Shown: in pieces, positions 1 through 8,841 of the stretch
Numbering within the stretch: position 1 is the stretch's first letter
How the letters are laid out: every line of letters begins with the position of its first letter
From: Vulcanimicrobiota bacterium
GTDB taxonomy: Bacteria > Vulcanimicrobiota > Vulcanimicrobiia > Vulcanimicrobiales > Vulcanimicrobiaceae
Assembly: GCA_963723515.1 (NCBI GenBank)
Contig: CAVRQT010000003.1
Span: 928,001-992,000, forward strand
Length of the DNA: 64,000 bases
Reading direction: 5' to 3'
The notes under the pieces: generated by a model
The model's database searches: none
What the model was told of the DNA's origin: nothing
What the model saw: the letters and a program-made list of their open reading frames with translations, nothing else
Translations under genes and position numbers: made by a program

Positions 1-1
1 G

Positions 2-136
2 TGGCAGCCCCGCATCGATTTTGAGAGCGGTCTAGGCGCAACCGTGGAATGGTATCGCGCCAACGAGCAGTGGTGGCGCCCAATTCGCTCGGGCACATTT
101 ACCGAATACTACCGGCGTCAATATGCACACCGCTAA
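2..136 (+). CDS. rfbB: dTDP-glucose 4,6-dehydratase, 3' end only
   Basis: Manual translation WQPRIDFESGLGATVEWYRANEQWWRPIRSG...AHR* matches the RfbB C-terminus; overlaps the rfbA start. Confidence 0.85.
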   Translation, partial: WQPRIDFESGLGATVEWYRANEQWWRPIRSGTFTEYYRRQYAHR

Positions 137-884
137 CCCGCCGAAGGGCGTCATACTCGCGGGCGGATTGGGTTCGCGTTTGCGGCCTCTCACAAAGGTG
201 ACGAACAAGCATTTGCTGCCGGTCTACGATAAGCCGATGATCTACTATCCGCTCGAGACGTTGCGCAGAGCCGGCCTCGACGACATCATGATCGTGACGG
301 GCGGAAACTCGGCGGGCGAATTTTTGCGCCTGTTGGGGAACGGCAGAGAATTTGGCCTCAGGGACATCTACTACACGTACCAAGAGGGTGAGGGCGGCAT
401 CGCTGATGCGCTCAAGCTCTGCGAACATTTCGCCGAAGGCAGCCGCGTGGTCGTCATTCTGGGCGACAACATCCTCGAGGAAGATATCTCGCCGTACGTC
501 GAGCGATTCTGCCTTCAAGAGAGCGGCGCGCGCCTTCTATTAAAGGAAGTTCCGGATCCCGAGCGCTTCGGCGTGCCGGAGCTGAACGGCGAGCGCATTC
601 TGCGCATCGAAGAGAAGCCGGTCGAACCAAAGAGCCGCTACGCCGTAACCGGCATCTACATGTACGACGAAAACGTTTTCGACATCGCCCATAACTTGCG
701 GCCTTCAGCGCGCGGCGAACTCGAAATTACCGACGTCAACAACGAGTACATCCGCCGCGGCAATCTGTGTTACGACGTTCTCTCAGGATGGTGGACGGAT
801 GCGGGTCAATTTGAGAGCCTGTATCTCGCCTCGAACCTTGTGGCGAAACAGCGCCGCAAGAACCGGGTCAAGACGAAGGTTTAG
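123..884 (+). CDS. rfbA: glucose-1-phosphate thymidylyltransferase (short SpsI-like form)
   Basis: KGVILAGGLGSRLRPLT, NKHLLPVYDKPMIYYP, EKP and SARGELEITD motifs. Confidence 0.93.
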   Translation: MHTANPPKGVILAGGLGSRLRPLTKVTNKHLLPVYDKPMIYYPLETLRRAGLDDIMIVTGGNSAGEFLRLLGNGREFGLRDIYYTYQEGEGGIADALKLCEHFAEGSRVVVILGDNILEEDISPYVERFCLQESGARLLLKEVPDPERFGVPELNGERILRIEEKPVEPKSRYAVTGIYMYDENVFDIAHNLRPSARGELEITDVNNEYIRRGNLCYDVLSGWWTDAGQFESLYLASNLVAKQRRKNRVKTKV

Positions 885-1044
885 ACGGCGGTTCGGGCAC
901 CGCGCGCTCAACACGCCGAATCTGCACGCTCTCGGGCGCATCGATGCCGAGCTTGACCTGGCCGCCACCGATCTCCAGGACAACGATGCGCACCGCATCG
1001 CCGATCGTCAATTCCTGACCCACGCTTCGCGTCACCACGTACAT
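868..1044 (-). CDS. csrA: carbon storage regulator CsrA/RsmA homologue, 58 aa (absent from ORF track)
   Basis: MYVVTRSVGQELTIGDAVRIVVLEIGGGQVKLGIDAPESVQIRRVE...; TR..G....IGD, QV.LGI.AP, R44 and E46 conserved; GAGG RBS upstream. Confidence 0.88.
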   Translation of the reverse strand: MYVVTRSVGQELTIGDAVRIVVLEIGGGQVKLGIDAPESVQIRRVERAVPEPPSKPSS

Positions 1045-1161
1045 TGAAGAACCTCGCCTTGGAGCGCCATCCTAGACCGGATGGTGAAACCTCTGCGGCA
1101 GCGCCCCGGTATCTCCGTCAGAGTGAAAATTTGCGGACTCTCGCGTTAGGAGAAATTTCTC

Positions 1162-1698
1162 GTGGATTGTTATTTTCACAGTCACGTTCCCTCGGTTGCC
1201 CGCTGCTCGGATTGCCTTAAGCCGATCTGCGCGACATGCCATGCCGGCGACGGGATGTGCCCGAGCTGCCGTCTGGCGACGAAAATCGACAGCGCGAACG
1301 CCTCACGTCAAGAGCTTGGCGGAAGCGTTCCTCAGCGACAGAAGCCTGCGCGCGTCGCGACGATCGGAGATTCGGTTGAATCGCGCGCCCTCGTCGCGCT
1401 GGGTTACCCGTTGCCGCCGCTTGCCGTCCTCGCGCTCTTCGATCGCAAACAATCCCCCTATCTGCGGCGCCAGGTCTACCAGTCGCTTGGGTTCACGGGG
1501 GGAATGGCGCTCTTCGGCCTCGTTCTCTCGTGGATGCTCGCCATACCGTTCCTCAACATTAGCGCGATGTTGATCTTGGCGGTGCTTTTTCCGGTTTGGC
1601 TGGTTGCCAGCGTCGTTTATGGGATCAAGACCTACAACGGCGACGATGTACGCATTCCAATCGTCAGTGATTGGATCGAGGAACGTCTGCCGGCGTAG
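1162..1698 (+). CDS. B-box-like zinc finger plus DUF4870/Tic20-like membrane domain protein
   Basis: CxxH...CxxC...CxxC...CxxC N-terminus; three hydrophobic segments; C-terminal G.D.RIP.V. Confidence 0.65.
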   Translation: MDCYFHSHVPSVARCSDCLKPICATCHAGDGMCPSCRLATKIDSANASRQELGGSVPQRQKPARVATIGDSVESRALVALGYPLPPLAVLALFDRKQSPYLRRQVYQSLGFTGGMALFGLVLSWMLAIPFLNISAMLILAVLFPVWLVASVVYGIKTYNGDDVRIPIVSDWIEERLPA

Positions 1699-3100
1699 CA
1701 TTCACGAACTCACTGTAACGCGCTAAGTAGCGCCGGGCGGCGGTATCGTGATCCAAGACCGGCGGCGGATAACCGTTTCGGCCGAAGAGCGGCAGCGCCG
1801 GCTGCCTCTCCTTATTCGGGGCCGGCACCGCATGCGCGAGCTCCGCGATCCACTTTTTCGCATACGCTCCCTCGGGATCGAACCGGCGCGCGCCCTTGAC
1901 CGGATTGTAAATCCGGGGGTATGCGGCTAAGTCGGCGCCGACGCCGGCGATCCACTGCCAATTGCCGGCTGCCAGCGCCGGTTCGTCTTCGATCAAGAAG
2001 CGATCCCATTCGGCAAGTCCGACGCGCCAATCAACTTCCAGATCGAAGCACAGAAACGACGCCGCGATCGAGCGCGCGTGCGGATGCATCCATCCCGTGG
2101 CGTGTAATTGCCGAATGCCGGCGTCAACAAGCGTAAAGCCGGTCATGCCTTGCTTCCATGCCTCGAGATGCTCGTGCGCGGCCAGAAACGGAAAGCGGCG
2201 CATCTTCGCCTGGAGCGATTCACTCTGCGCGTCGGGCTGATACCACGCGAGCTGCAAGAAGAAATCGCGTTGCGCTAAGGATCGAAGGAAGCGGCGCAGC
2301 GACGCCTTCTCTTCAGCAAGCAAGAACGGATCATCGGCGCGACGCTTCGTTTCACGCACGACGGTTCGTGCCGCGATCGTCCCAAAGCAAAGGTGCGCGG
2401 CCAAATGCGAGGTGCGGTCGTCGGCCGGCACGTTGACCGCGACATCGTACTGCACGGCATCCTGCCGCAAGAACGTTGTCAGCCGCCGCATTGCCCCACT
2501 AGGCGTCGCGTCACCGCCGATCGGCTGCGCGTTGAATTCGCTTTCCGAGGGCAGCGGTTCGCTGACGACGCTTGGCTTTGCGAAACGCCGGAAGAGCGGC
2601 GCTTCGTGCGAGACGACGTCAATCGCACGCCAGGCATCGATATAAGGCGCAAGGGCGCGGTAGCCTTCGCCTGCTCCAAGTTTTGCGGCCGCCGTTTCTC
2701 CCGGCGGAACGGCAGGCGCATCATGAACGATCGGCGTCGCAAGGCCGCGTTCCTCAAGCGCGGCACGCAATTCGGCCTCTTCTTTCATAGCGGCGGCATC
2801 GTATGAGGCGCTCCAAAGCGCCGCGTTCGGTTTCAGCTCCTCGACGAGCTGCAACATCGTCGCGCCGAGCGGACCACGCCGTACGATCAGTGCCGATCCT
2901 TCTTCCCGTAACGCTGCATCGAGCGCCGCCACAGCGTGAACAAAAAAGGCCGCCCGGCGAGGGGACGTCGCAATGCGCGAACGCAAGAGCGGATCGACGA
3001 TCAACACGGGTACGATTGCCCCGTGTCGCGCCGCCTCGGCTAAACCGGCATGATCTTCGAGACGCAAGTCGCGCCCGAACCGGAAGAGGACGGAACGCAA
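1664..3100 (-). CDS. photolyase/cryptochrome family protein with atypical active site
   Basis: RDLRLEDH, TSHLAAHLCFG, AWKQGMTGFTLVDAGIRQLHATGWMH, WQW and RIYNP...DPEG motifs. Confidence 0.88.
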   Translation of the reverse strand: MRSVLFRFGRDLRLEDHAGLAEAARHGAIVPVLIVDPLLRSRIATSPRRAAFFVHAVAALDAALREEGSALIVRRGPLGATMLQLVEELKPNAALWSASYDAAAMKEEAELRAALEERGLATPIVHDAPAVPPGETAAAKLGAGEGYRALAPYIDAWRAIDVVSHEAPLFRRFAKPSVVSEPLPSESEFNAQPIGGDATPSGAMRRLTTFLRQDAVQYDVAVNVPADDRTSHLAAHLCFGTIAARTVVRETKRRADDPFLLAEEKASLRRFLRSLAQRDFFLQLAWYQPDAQSESLQAKMRRFPFLAAHEHLEAWKQGMTGFTLVDAGIRQLHATGWMHPHARSIAASFLCFDLEVDWRVGLAEWDRFLIEDEPALAAGNWQWIAGVGADLAAYPRIYNPVKGARRFDPEGAYAKKWIAELAHAVPAPNKERQPALPLFGRNGYPPPVLDHDTAARRYLARYSEFVNATPADVPRSNH

Positions 3101-3113
3101 TGCCTGGTTCTAG

Positions 3114-3278
3114 GGAAACCTCTGATTCAGTCTTCGTGGTTCAGCCTCGTGGCGATTTTTTGCCGAGTTCGAGGCCCGAGGACGGGCGCAATGCAGCACC
3201 ATTGTGGCCGCCGCAGGAACACTGAACTCGGCAAAAAGCGACCGAGGACGGGCCGCGTGAGACTGGATCAGAGGTTTC
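3114..3278. mobile_element. MITE-like element of about 165 bp with long imperfect terminal inverted repeats
   Basis: GAAACCTCTGAtTCAGTCT...TTTTTGCCGAGTTC mirrored by GAACTCGGCAAAAA...AGACTGGATCAGAGGTTTC; CTAG on the left and (C)TAA on the right. Confidence 0.65.
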
Positions 3279-3281
3279 TAA

Positions 3282-4311
3282 CTACTGTTGTGTGGCCGCG
3301 CGGAACGTAAAAGCGTCCCGATAGATCCCCGGCACAGGTTTGCCGTTGATCATCTTCGGCCGATAGTGGATCTTCATTGCCGCCTTGCATACGGCGTCAT
3401 CCAGCACCGGCCATCCCGAAGCTTTCGTGATAATGCATTTGGTCGGCGCACCGGTTTCATCGATCACCACTTCGAACGCCGACGTGCCCTCGGCGCCTTC
3501 AAGCATCGCAATCTGCGCCGGCTGAGGATTAATCGCTGTTTCGCCGCCATCCGGGGCGGCGTCGCGAATCGTATAGCTCGGCGCGATCGTAATCGGCTCG
3601 GACTTCGTGGCGCCGAACGATGCCGTTTCGCCGCCATAGTGCACGGCGCCGCGCCGCCACACCGGGATCTGTGACTGGATCGTATCGCTGCTATCGCTGC
3701 CCTTGACACTCGACCCACGACCGACATCACTCGCCGTCGACTGTTCGAGCGCTACTTCTGTTTCATGACGCTGCGACTTTTGCACGTGAATCGGCACACT
3801 CGTTTTCGCTGGGGCGGTGTTGGCAGCGGGGACCCGCGGCAGTTGTACGATGTTGTGCACGACGACCATGCGGGGCGCGGGTGTGGGCGATTTCTCATCG
3901 CGCACCGAGCGCCGCTCGAAAACGATCTTGTTGCTTTCCAAATTGACGACGATCGGATCGGCGAGGTCGGCCGATTTGCGCTAAGCCGGAACCGACGACA
4001 AAGTGCCCGATCAGCGATACGAGCAAACACGCTGCGAGAATACCGAGCCCATACCGCGCGAACCGTTTCGTGCGCGAATTCGCACGCGCCAAGACCGGGC
4101 TGCTAATGTCCGGCTCCCACACTTCGCCGTCTTTGGCTTCGCTGATAACGCCATGCAGGCGGCCTAGCTCATGCTCGCCGCCGTACGTAATCAGGCAGGC
4201 TTGGCAATGCGCAATGTGCTGCCGGTACTCGATGCGCTCTTCATCAGTTGCTTCCCCTAAGATGATCGCGCCGGCGAGGACCTCAGTGCGGTCGTGCCGT
4301 CGTTCTTTCAC
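3282..4311 (-). CDS. zinc-binding anti-sigma factor (HxxxCxxC) + TM + Pro-rich linker + TonB C-terminal domain; frameshift near 3970
   Basis: HIAHCQAC, TM segment YGLGILAACLLVSLIG, C-terminal EGT..FEVVIDETG....C.I.KASG..VLD.A...A.....YRP...NGKPV; GTG start overlaps the sigma stop (GTGA). Confidence 0.72.
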
Positions 4312-4838
4312 GTTCTTGTTGAGCGCTCCGTCATCACCATGCGAAGGGTGCGCATTGCGCGGCAAACTCGCTGCCGCACGGCATCGGCGGTCGTGCCTAA
4401 AATCGTCGCTGCTTCATGTGAGGAGTAGCCAGCGTAGCTGGTCAGCATGATCGCCGCGGCCTGTTCGTGAGGCAACCGGTGCATCGCCGTCTGCAGATCG
4501 AGCGATGCGGCGCTGCGCTCGTCGATACGCAAGCCACGAACTTCCCAATCCCGGTCGAGCGGCGTAAAGCGAACGATCTTCTTTCTCCTCAAGTACGAAA
4601 TCGCGTTGTTTGTCGCAGTCTTATAGAGCCAGCCCGGCGTCAGCGGCCGATCGGGCTCGTTCTGCAGCGTGCGATACGCTGCAAAGAACACGTCCTGTGC
4701 TATGTCGAGGGCAACATCGGCATCACCGACCATCCGACGAACGTAGCGCGCTAATTTCGTCTGATGCTCGCGCACGAGCGCTTCGATGCGCACATGAGCG
4801 ACGGGCGCCTCGGCGGTGGTAAGGTAGACCTGTTCCAT
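4308..4838 (-). CDS. ECF sigma-70 factor
   Basis: DIAQDVF, GWLYKTATN, region 4 GYSSHEAATILGTTADAVRQRVCRA. Confidence 0.92.
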   Translation of the reverse strand: MEQVYLTTAEAPVAHVRIEALVREHQTKLARYVRRMVGDADVALDIAQDVFFAAYRTLQNEPDRPLTPGWLYKTATNNAISYLRRKKIVRFTPLDRDWEVRGLRIDERSAASLDLQTAMHRLPHEQAAAIMLTSYAGYSSHEAATILGTTADAVRQRVCRAMRTLRMVMTERSTRT

Positions 4839-4892
4839 GGGCTGGGGCCCCCCTAGTCTCTAGGTAACGTGAGACTTCTTGAGCCTGTGACC

Positions 4893-5906
4893 CTACCCCC
4901 GATTTCGGAGAACGCCCGCATGCGGGCTGCCGGCGTTCCCAGCTGCAGGTGGTGCCGTTCTGGCTTGATCGTCATCGCCGACTGCAGCAGGCGCATCAGC
5001 TCCGTTCGTGACGCTCCCGCGCGAAGCGGCGTGCGCAAATCGAGGTGCTGCTCGCCGAAGAGGCACATTCGAAGCCGGCCATCGGCCGTCAGACGAACGC
5101 GATTGCACCGCTCGCAGTAGTCGTGCGAGAGGGGACTGATGACGCCGACCGCCCCGCGAGCGCCTGGAAACGAGAAGTAGCGCGCGGGGCCGTTCCCGGT
5201 GGCCCGCCAACAGGCGCAAGGTCGCCGATGGCGGCGATTCGGATCGAGTATTTCGTCGGTCGAGACGTACGTCTTCGCCTGCAGCGCCGCGTTTTCGTGA
5301 ACCGGCATCACTTCGATGAAGCGGACGAAGATCGGGCGGTCGATCGTCAGCCGCGCGAAGTCTTCGATTTCATCATCGTTCTGATCGCGCATCACGACGC
5401 AGTTGATCTTGACTGGATGCAAGCCGGCGTCGATCGCGCTGTCGATGCCGCGCATCACTTTTTCAAGACCTGTGCGTCGCGCGATTGCAAAAAAGCGATC
5501 TTCCTGCAGTGTATCGAGCGAGATGTTGACGCGTCGCAATCCGGCGCGAACCAAATCGCCGATCTGCTCGGATAAGAGTAGCGCGTTTGTTGAAAGCGCG
5601 ATGTCTTCGATGCCCAGCGCCGCTATCTGCTCGACCAACGATGCGAGATCGCGCCGAATTAGCGGCTCGCCACCGGTGAGACGAACGCTTCGCACCCCGG
5701 CATCCGCGGCCGCCGCGACGATTGCGGTAATCTCTTCATACGAGAGAATATCGCTTTTCGGAAGCCACGGCAGACCGGCTTCAGGCATGCAGTAGATGCA
5801 ACGCAGGTTGCACTTGTCGGTGACGGAGATGCGCAAATACGTGATCGGGCGGCTGAATTGGTCGGTGCAGCTGCGCGGTCGTCAGATCGATCGTTTCAAG
5901 CGCCAC
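4893..5906 (-). CDS. moaA: GTP 3',8-cyclase MoaA (several small indels)
   Basis: DQFSRPITYLRISVTDKCNLRCIYC, LTGGEPL, CERCNRVRLTADG and C-terminal IGG; frame breaks near 5868, about 5240 and 4896. Confidence 0.93.
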
Positions 5907-5930
5907 GCTTTTGAGGTTTCGATAGCGCCA

Positions 5931-6244
5931 ACTCTGTCACCCTGAGCCGTACTCTGTCAGCCTGAGCTTTACTCTGTCACACTGAGCTTGTCGAAGGGCG
6001 CACGTGCAATCGTGTCAGTCGAGCTGCTCTCATGCTCCAGAGTGCATCGTTACAGGCAAACAAAAGTCCCAGCTGCTACGCTGGGACCTCCTCATTAGCG
6101 ACGATTACCGTTGCGCTTCGACCCTTCGACACTTCGACGAGCTCAGTGCAGGCTGTTGCTCAGGGCGAGCTGAGCTCAGCGTGACAGGGAAAATCTATTG
6201 CCTAAAGATGCTGTCTGGCCCTTCGACAAGCTCAGGGTGACAGG
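5931..6244. repeat. cluster of REP-like palindromic repeats (CTGTCACCCTGAGCTTGTCGAAGGG family), tandem and nested
   Basis: Three 20-bp tandem units at 5931/5951/5971; inverted copies at 6114-6188 (triple nested) and 6219-6244. Confidence 0.9.
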
Positions 6245-6256
6245 CGCGATTATTAC

Positions 6257-6880
6257 CTAAAAAGTGAGTCTGGTCAACTCGGGTGGGTTCAGTTTGTAAT
6301 TTGAAAACGACGACGTCAGGTCAGCGGTGTAGTTCGGAACCTCGACATGGCCGCTCTGTGCCTTGGGGACGAAATTGCCGTCGACGACCATGAACTGCTG
6401 ATTGAGGCGCGCATAGCCACCGTCGTTGTACTGCCACACCATTTGGTCCACGGTTGCATCCTTGTCGTCGACTTTCGCCGTGATGTGATCGATGCGACCA
6501 CGAATGCGCGGGACAAGCTTGAACGTCGTCTGCTTTCCGTCGTCACCCTCATTGGTGATGTAGTAAACATCGCCCCAACGCGAGGGACTCTCAACGTGCG
6601 GATAGACCTTCTCAAACTGCTTCGCGATGACCGGCACCGTGCGGAACGAGATCTTATCTTTGGACGGCTCCTTGTGGTAGTACGTGCCGTCTAAGCTCGG
6701 ATTTAGATATGGAAACGTATGCAGCGCGATGTCAACGTGCACCGACGCCTCGAACGTCTTGAGATGCGGGTTCAGCGACGCCATACGCTCCAGCATATCC
6801 GCGCTTCCCGGGCTCGGCGTCGGCAGCGCGGCCAACGCCAAGAGGGCCAAAGCGGCGCCAAAAATTCGAAGCTGTTTCAT
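6257..6880 (-). CDS. secreted protein, possibly LolA-like fold
   Basis: Signal peptide; beta-rich pattern ending S.FSNYKLNP. Confidence 0.55.
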   Translation of the reverse strand: MKQLRIFGAALALLALAALPTPSPGSADMLERMASLNPHLKTFEASVHVDIALHTFPYLNPSLDGTYYHKEPSKDKISFRTVPVIAKQFEKVYPHVESPSRWGDVYYITNEGDDGKQTTFKLVPRIRGRIDHITAKVDDKDATVDQMVWQYNDGGYARLNQQFMVVDGNFVPKAQSGHVEVPNYTADLTSSFSNYKLNPPELTRLTF

Positions 6881-6881
6881 T

Positions 6882-8066
6882 TCACTTGCATAACGCGCGT
6901 TCTTGCGAGAAGGGTTCCAGCGCGCTTACGATCTCCTCTCTCACGGTTTCTGTTCTTTCCCCGCTTAGTTGCTTTTGTAGCACAGCGATTGCTTGCGGTG
7001 AGCCGATTCTACCGAGGGCCCACGCGGCGTGCCCGCGGACCATCGGATGGGGATCGCCCTCAGCAGCCTCAGCCAGCGCCGGAACGGTCGAGCGGTCGAG
7101 CGTGTTGCCGAGCGCAACCGCTGCATTGCGACGCAGCACCGCGGCGCCACGCCAGCCGATCGCCGTCGGAGCAAACACACGCCGAAATTCGCTGCTGCGC
7201 AAGCGCAGTAATCGTACCAACAATGGTGCCGCGGCGTCCTGAGAAACGGCTGAATTGTCGGGGCTCGAACTGAAGCCGGCTTTCTGCGTCGGCGGACAGA
7301 TCTGCTGACAGAGGTCGCATCCCCAAACCCACGTGCCGATCAATGGCCGCAACGTCCGTGGGATTCCGTCCGTACGTTGCGTGAGGTCGGAGATGCAACG
7401 AGTCGCGTCGATCGTGTAGTCGCCGCGCAACGCTCCGGTTGGACAGATGTCGACACAACGGCAGCACGAACCGCAATTCTTCTGCAATGCCGGATCCGCG
7501 TCAAACGCAACGCTCGTCACGATCTCGCCGAGGAAAACAAACGAACCATGCGTTGGGTCGATCAGATTGGTATGTTTGCCGATCCATCCCAATCCCGCGC
7601 GCGCCGCAAATGCCCGTTCTGCCAAAGGCGCCGTATCACAGACGATTCGAGTCGTTCCTTTTCCCGCGCTTTCCTCGATCACTTCAGAAACAGCTTTGAG
7701 AATCGCTTTCATGCGACGGTGATAATCGCTCGACCATGCGTAGTTCGAGACGCGCCCGCTCAGCGGCGGGCGTTGGGACGGCGGGGTTGCATAGGGCATC
7801 CCGATGCAGATGACGCTGCGCGCATTGCTAAGCAAAGTACGAGGCGACGTTGCTGCATGCGCGTAGCCCTCGTCGTACCGCCACGTCGCTAAGTCGCCGC
7901 GCGCAAACGAGCTACGCATGCGCCCGTCCGTTTGTGCATCGGGCCGCGCGCTTGTGAAGCGAACGGACAGCGCACCAAGCTCTCGCGCGCAGGCGATAAC
8001 CTTAAAGCGTAGCGAGTTGTCCCTGATCGACGAGAGGGAAGGCTTCGTCGATGCGGCGGATGTCAT
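6882..8066 (-). CDS. queG: epoxyqueuosine reductase QueG (start uncertain)
   Basis: DYH, DTAPLAERAFAARAGLGWIGKH, CGSCCRCVDICPTGAL, GCDLCQQICP and C-terminal HEAT-like repeats. Confidence 0.93.
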   Translation of the reverse strand: MTSAASTKPSLSSIRDNSLRFKVIACARELGALSVRFTSARPDAQTDGRMRSSFARGDLATWRYDEGYAHAATSPRTLLSNARSVICIGMPYATPPSQRPPLSGRVSNYAWSSDYHRRMKAILKAVSEVIEESAGKGTTRIVCDTAPLAERAFAARAGLGWIGKHTNLIDPTHGSFVFLGEIVTSVAFDADPALQKNCGSCCRCVDICPTGALRGDYTIDATRCISDLTQRTDGIPRTLRPLIGTWVWGCDLCQQICPPTQKAGFSSSPDNSAVSQDAAAPLLVRLLRLRSSEFRRVFAPTAIGWRGAAVLRRNAAVALGNTLDRSTVPALAEAAEGDPHPMVRGHAAWALGRIGSPQAIAVLQKQLSGERTETVREEIVSALEPFSQERALCK

Positions 8067-8841
8067 CAGTCTTCAGTTCCCAACCTCCGGCTCCGGCATT
8101 CTCTTCGACGTGAGCAATTTGCGCCGCTTTAGGAATCGCGAAAACGGCGACGTCACGCGTCAGAAAGTTCAAGATGACCTGATGGACCGTCTTGCCATGC
8201 TCGCGAGCGATTCGTTCTAAGACCTGCGAGCGTGTGGCCGACAGGCCGCGGCCAAAGGGCGTGTATGCGACGACGGCGACATCGTGCGCCTTGCAATAGG
8301 GGATGAGCCGCGCCTCGATGCCGCGCTCGCGCAGATGGTAAAGCACTTGATTGCAAGCCAGCGGTACGCGCCGCAGCGCGCGCCGCGCCTCATCGAGCTC
8401 TTCAACATCGAAGTTGCTTACGCCGATGAACCGCGCTTTGCCGTCGTCCACCAACTGCTCGAGCGCGCTCATCGTTTCGGAAATCGGAATCGAGCCTGGC
8501 CAATGCAAGAGATAGAGGTCTAAGTAATCGGTGCGCAGCCGGCGCAACGAACGATCGCAAGCCGCAATTGTCCTCTTAAATGAAGCGTTGGACGGCAGCA
8601 CTTTGGTCGTTAAGAACACCGACGAACGGTCTAGGTCTGAAATCGCATCCCCAACGATCTCCTCAACTCGGCCTGAACCGTACATCTCCGCTGTGTCGAT
8701 GTGATTCATTCCCAGCTCGATGCCGCGACGAAGCGCCGCCTTCGCTTCACGCAGTCGCGCGCCGCGTTGCGGAAATTCCCAGGTGCCTTGTCCGATCCGC
8801 GGCAAAGCGATCGTCGTTGTCCCGAAGCGGCGTCTCTCCAT
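8002..8841 (-). CDS. aldo/keto reductase
   Basis: IGQGTW, IDTAEMYG, DLYLLHWP, IGVSNF and AIPK motifs. Confidence 0.93.
   Translation of the reverse strand: MERRRFGTTTIALPRIGQGTWEFPQRGARLREAKAALRRGIELGMNHIDTAEMYGSGRVEEIVGDAISDLDRSSVFLTTKVLPSNASFKRTIAACDRSLRRLRTDYLDLYLLHWPGSIPISETMSALEQLVDDGKARFIGVSNFDVEELDEARRALRRVPLACNQVLYHLRERGIEARLIPYCKAHDVAVVAYTPFGRGLSATRSQVLERIAREHGKTVHQVILNFLTRDVAVFAIPKAAQIAHVEENAGAGGWELKTDDIRRIDEAFPLVDQGQLATL

Noticed and set aside
799..1047. 82-aa plus-strand ORF
   Set aside because: Antisense shadow of csrA
5931..5998. Tandem 20-bp repeats as a mini CRISPR array
   Set aside because: No spacers and no cas genes; the units are fragments of the dispersed palindromic repeat
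5906..6256. Moco riboswitch upstream of moaA
   Set aside because: The structure is explained by REP-like repeats and I recognised no riboswitch consensus
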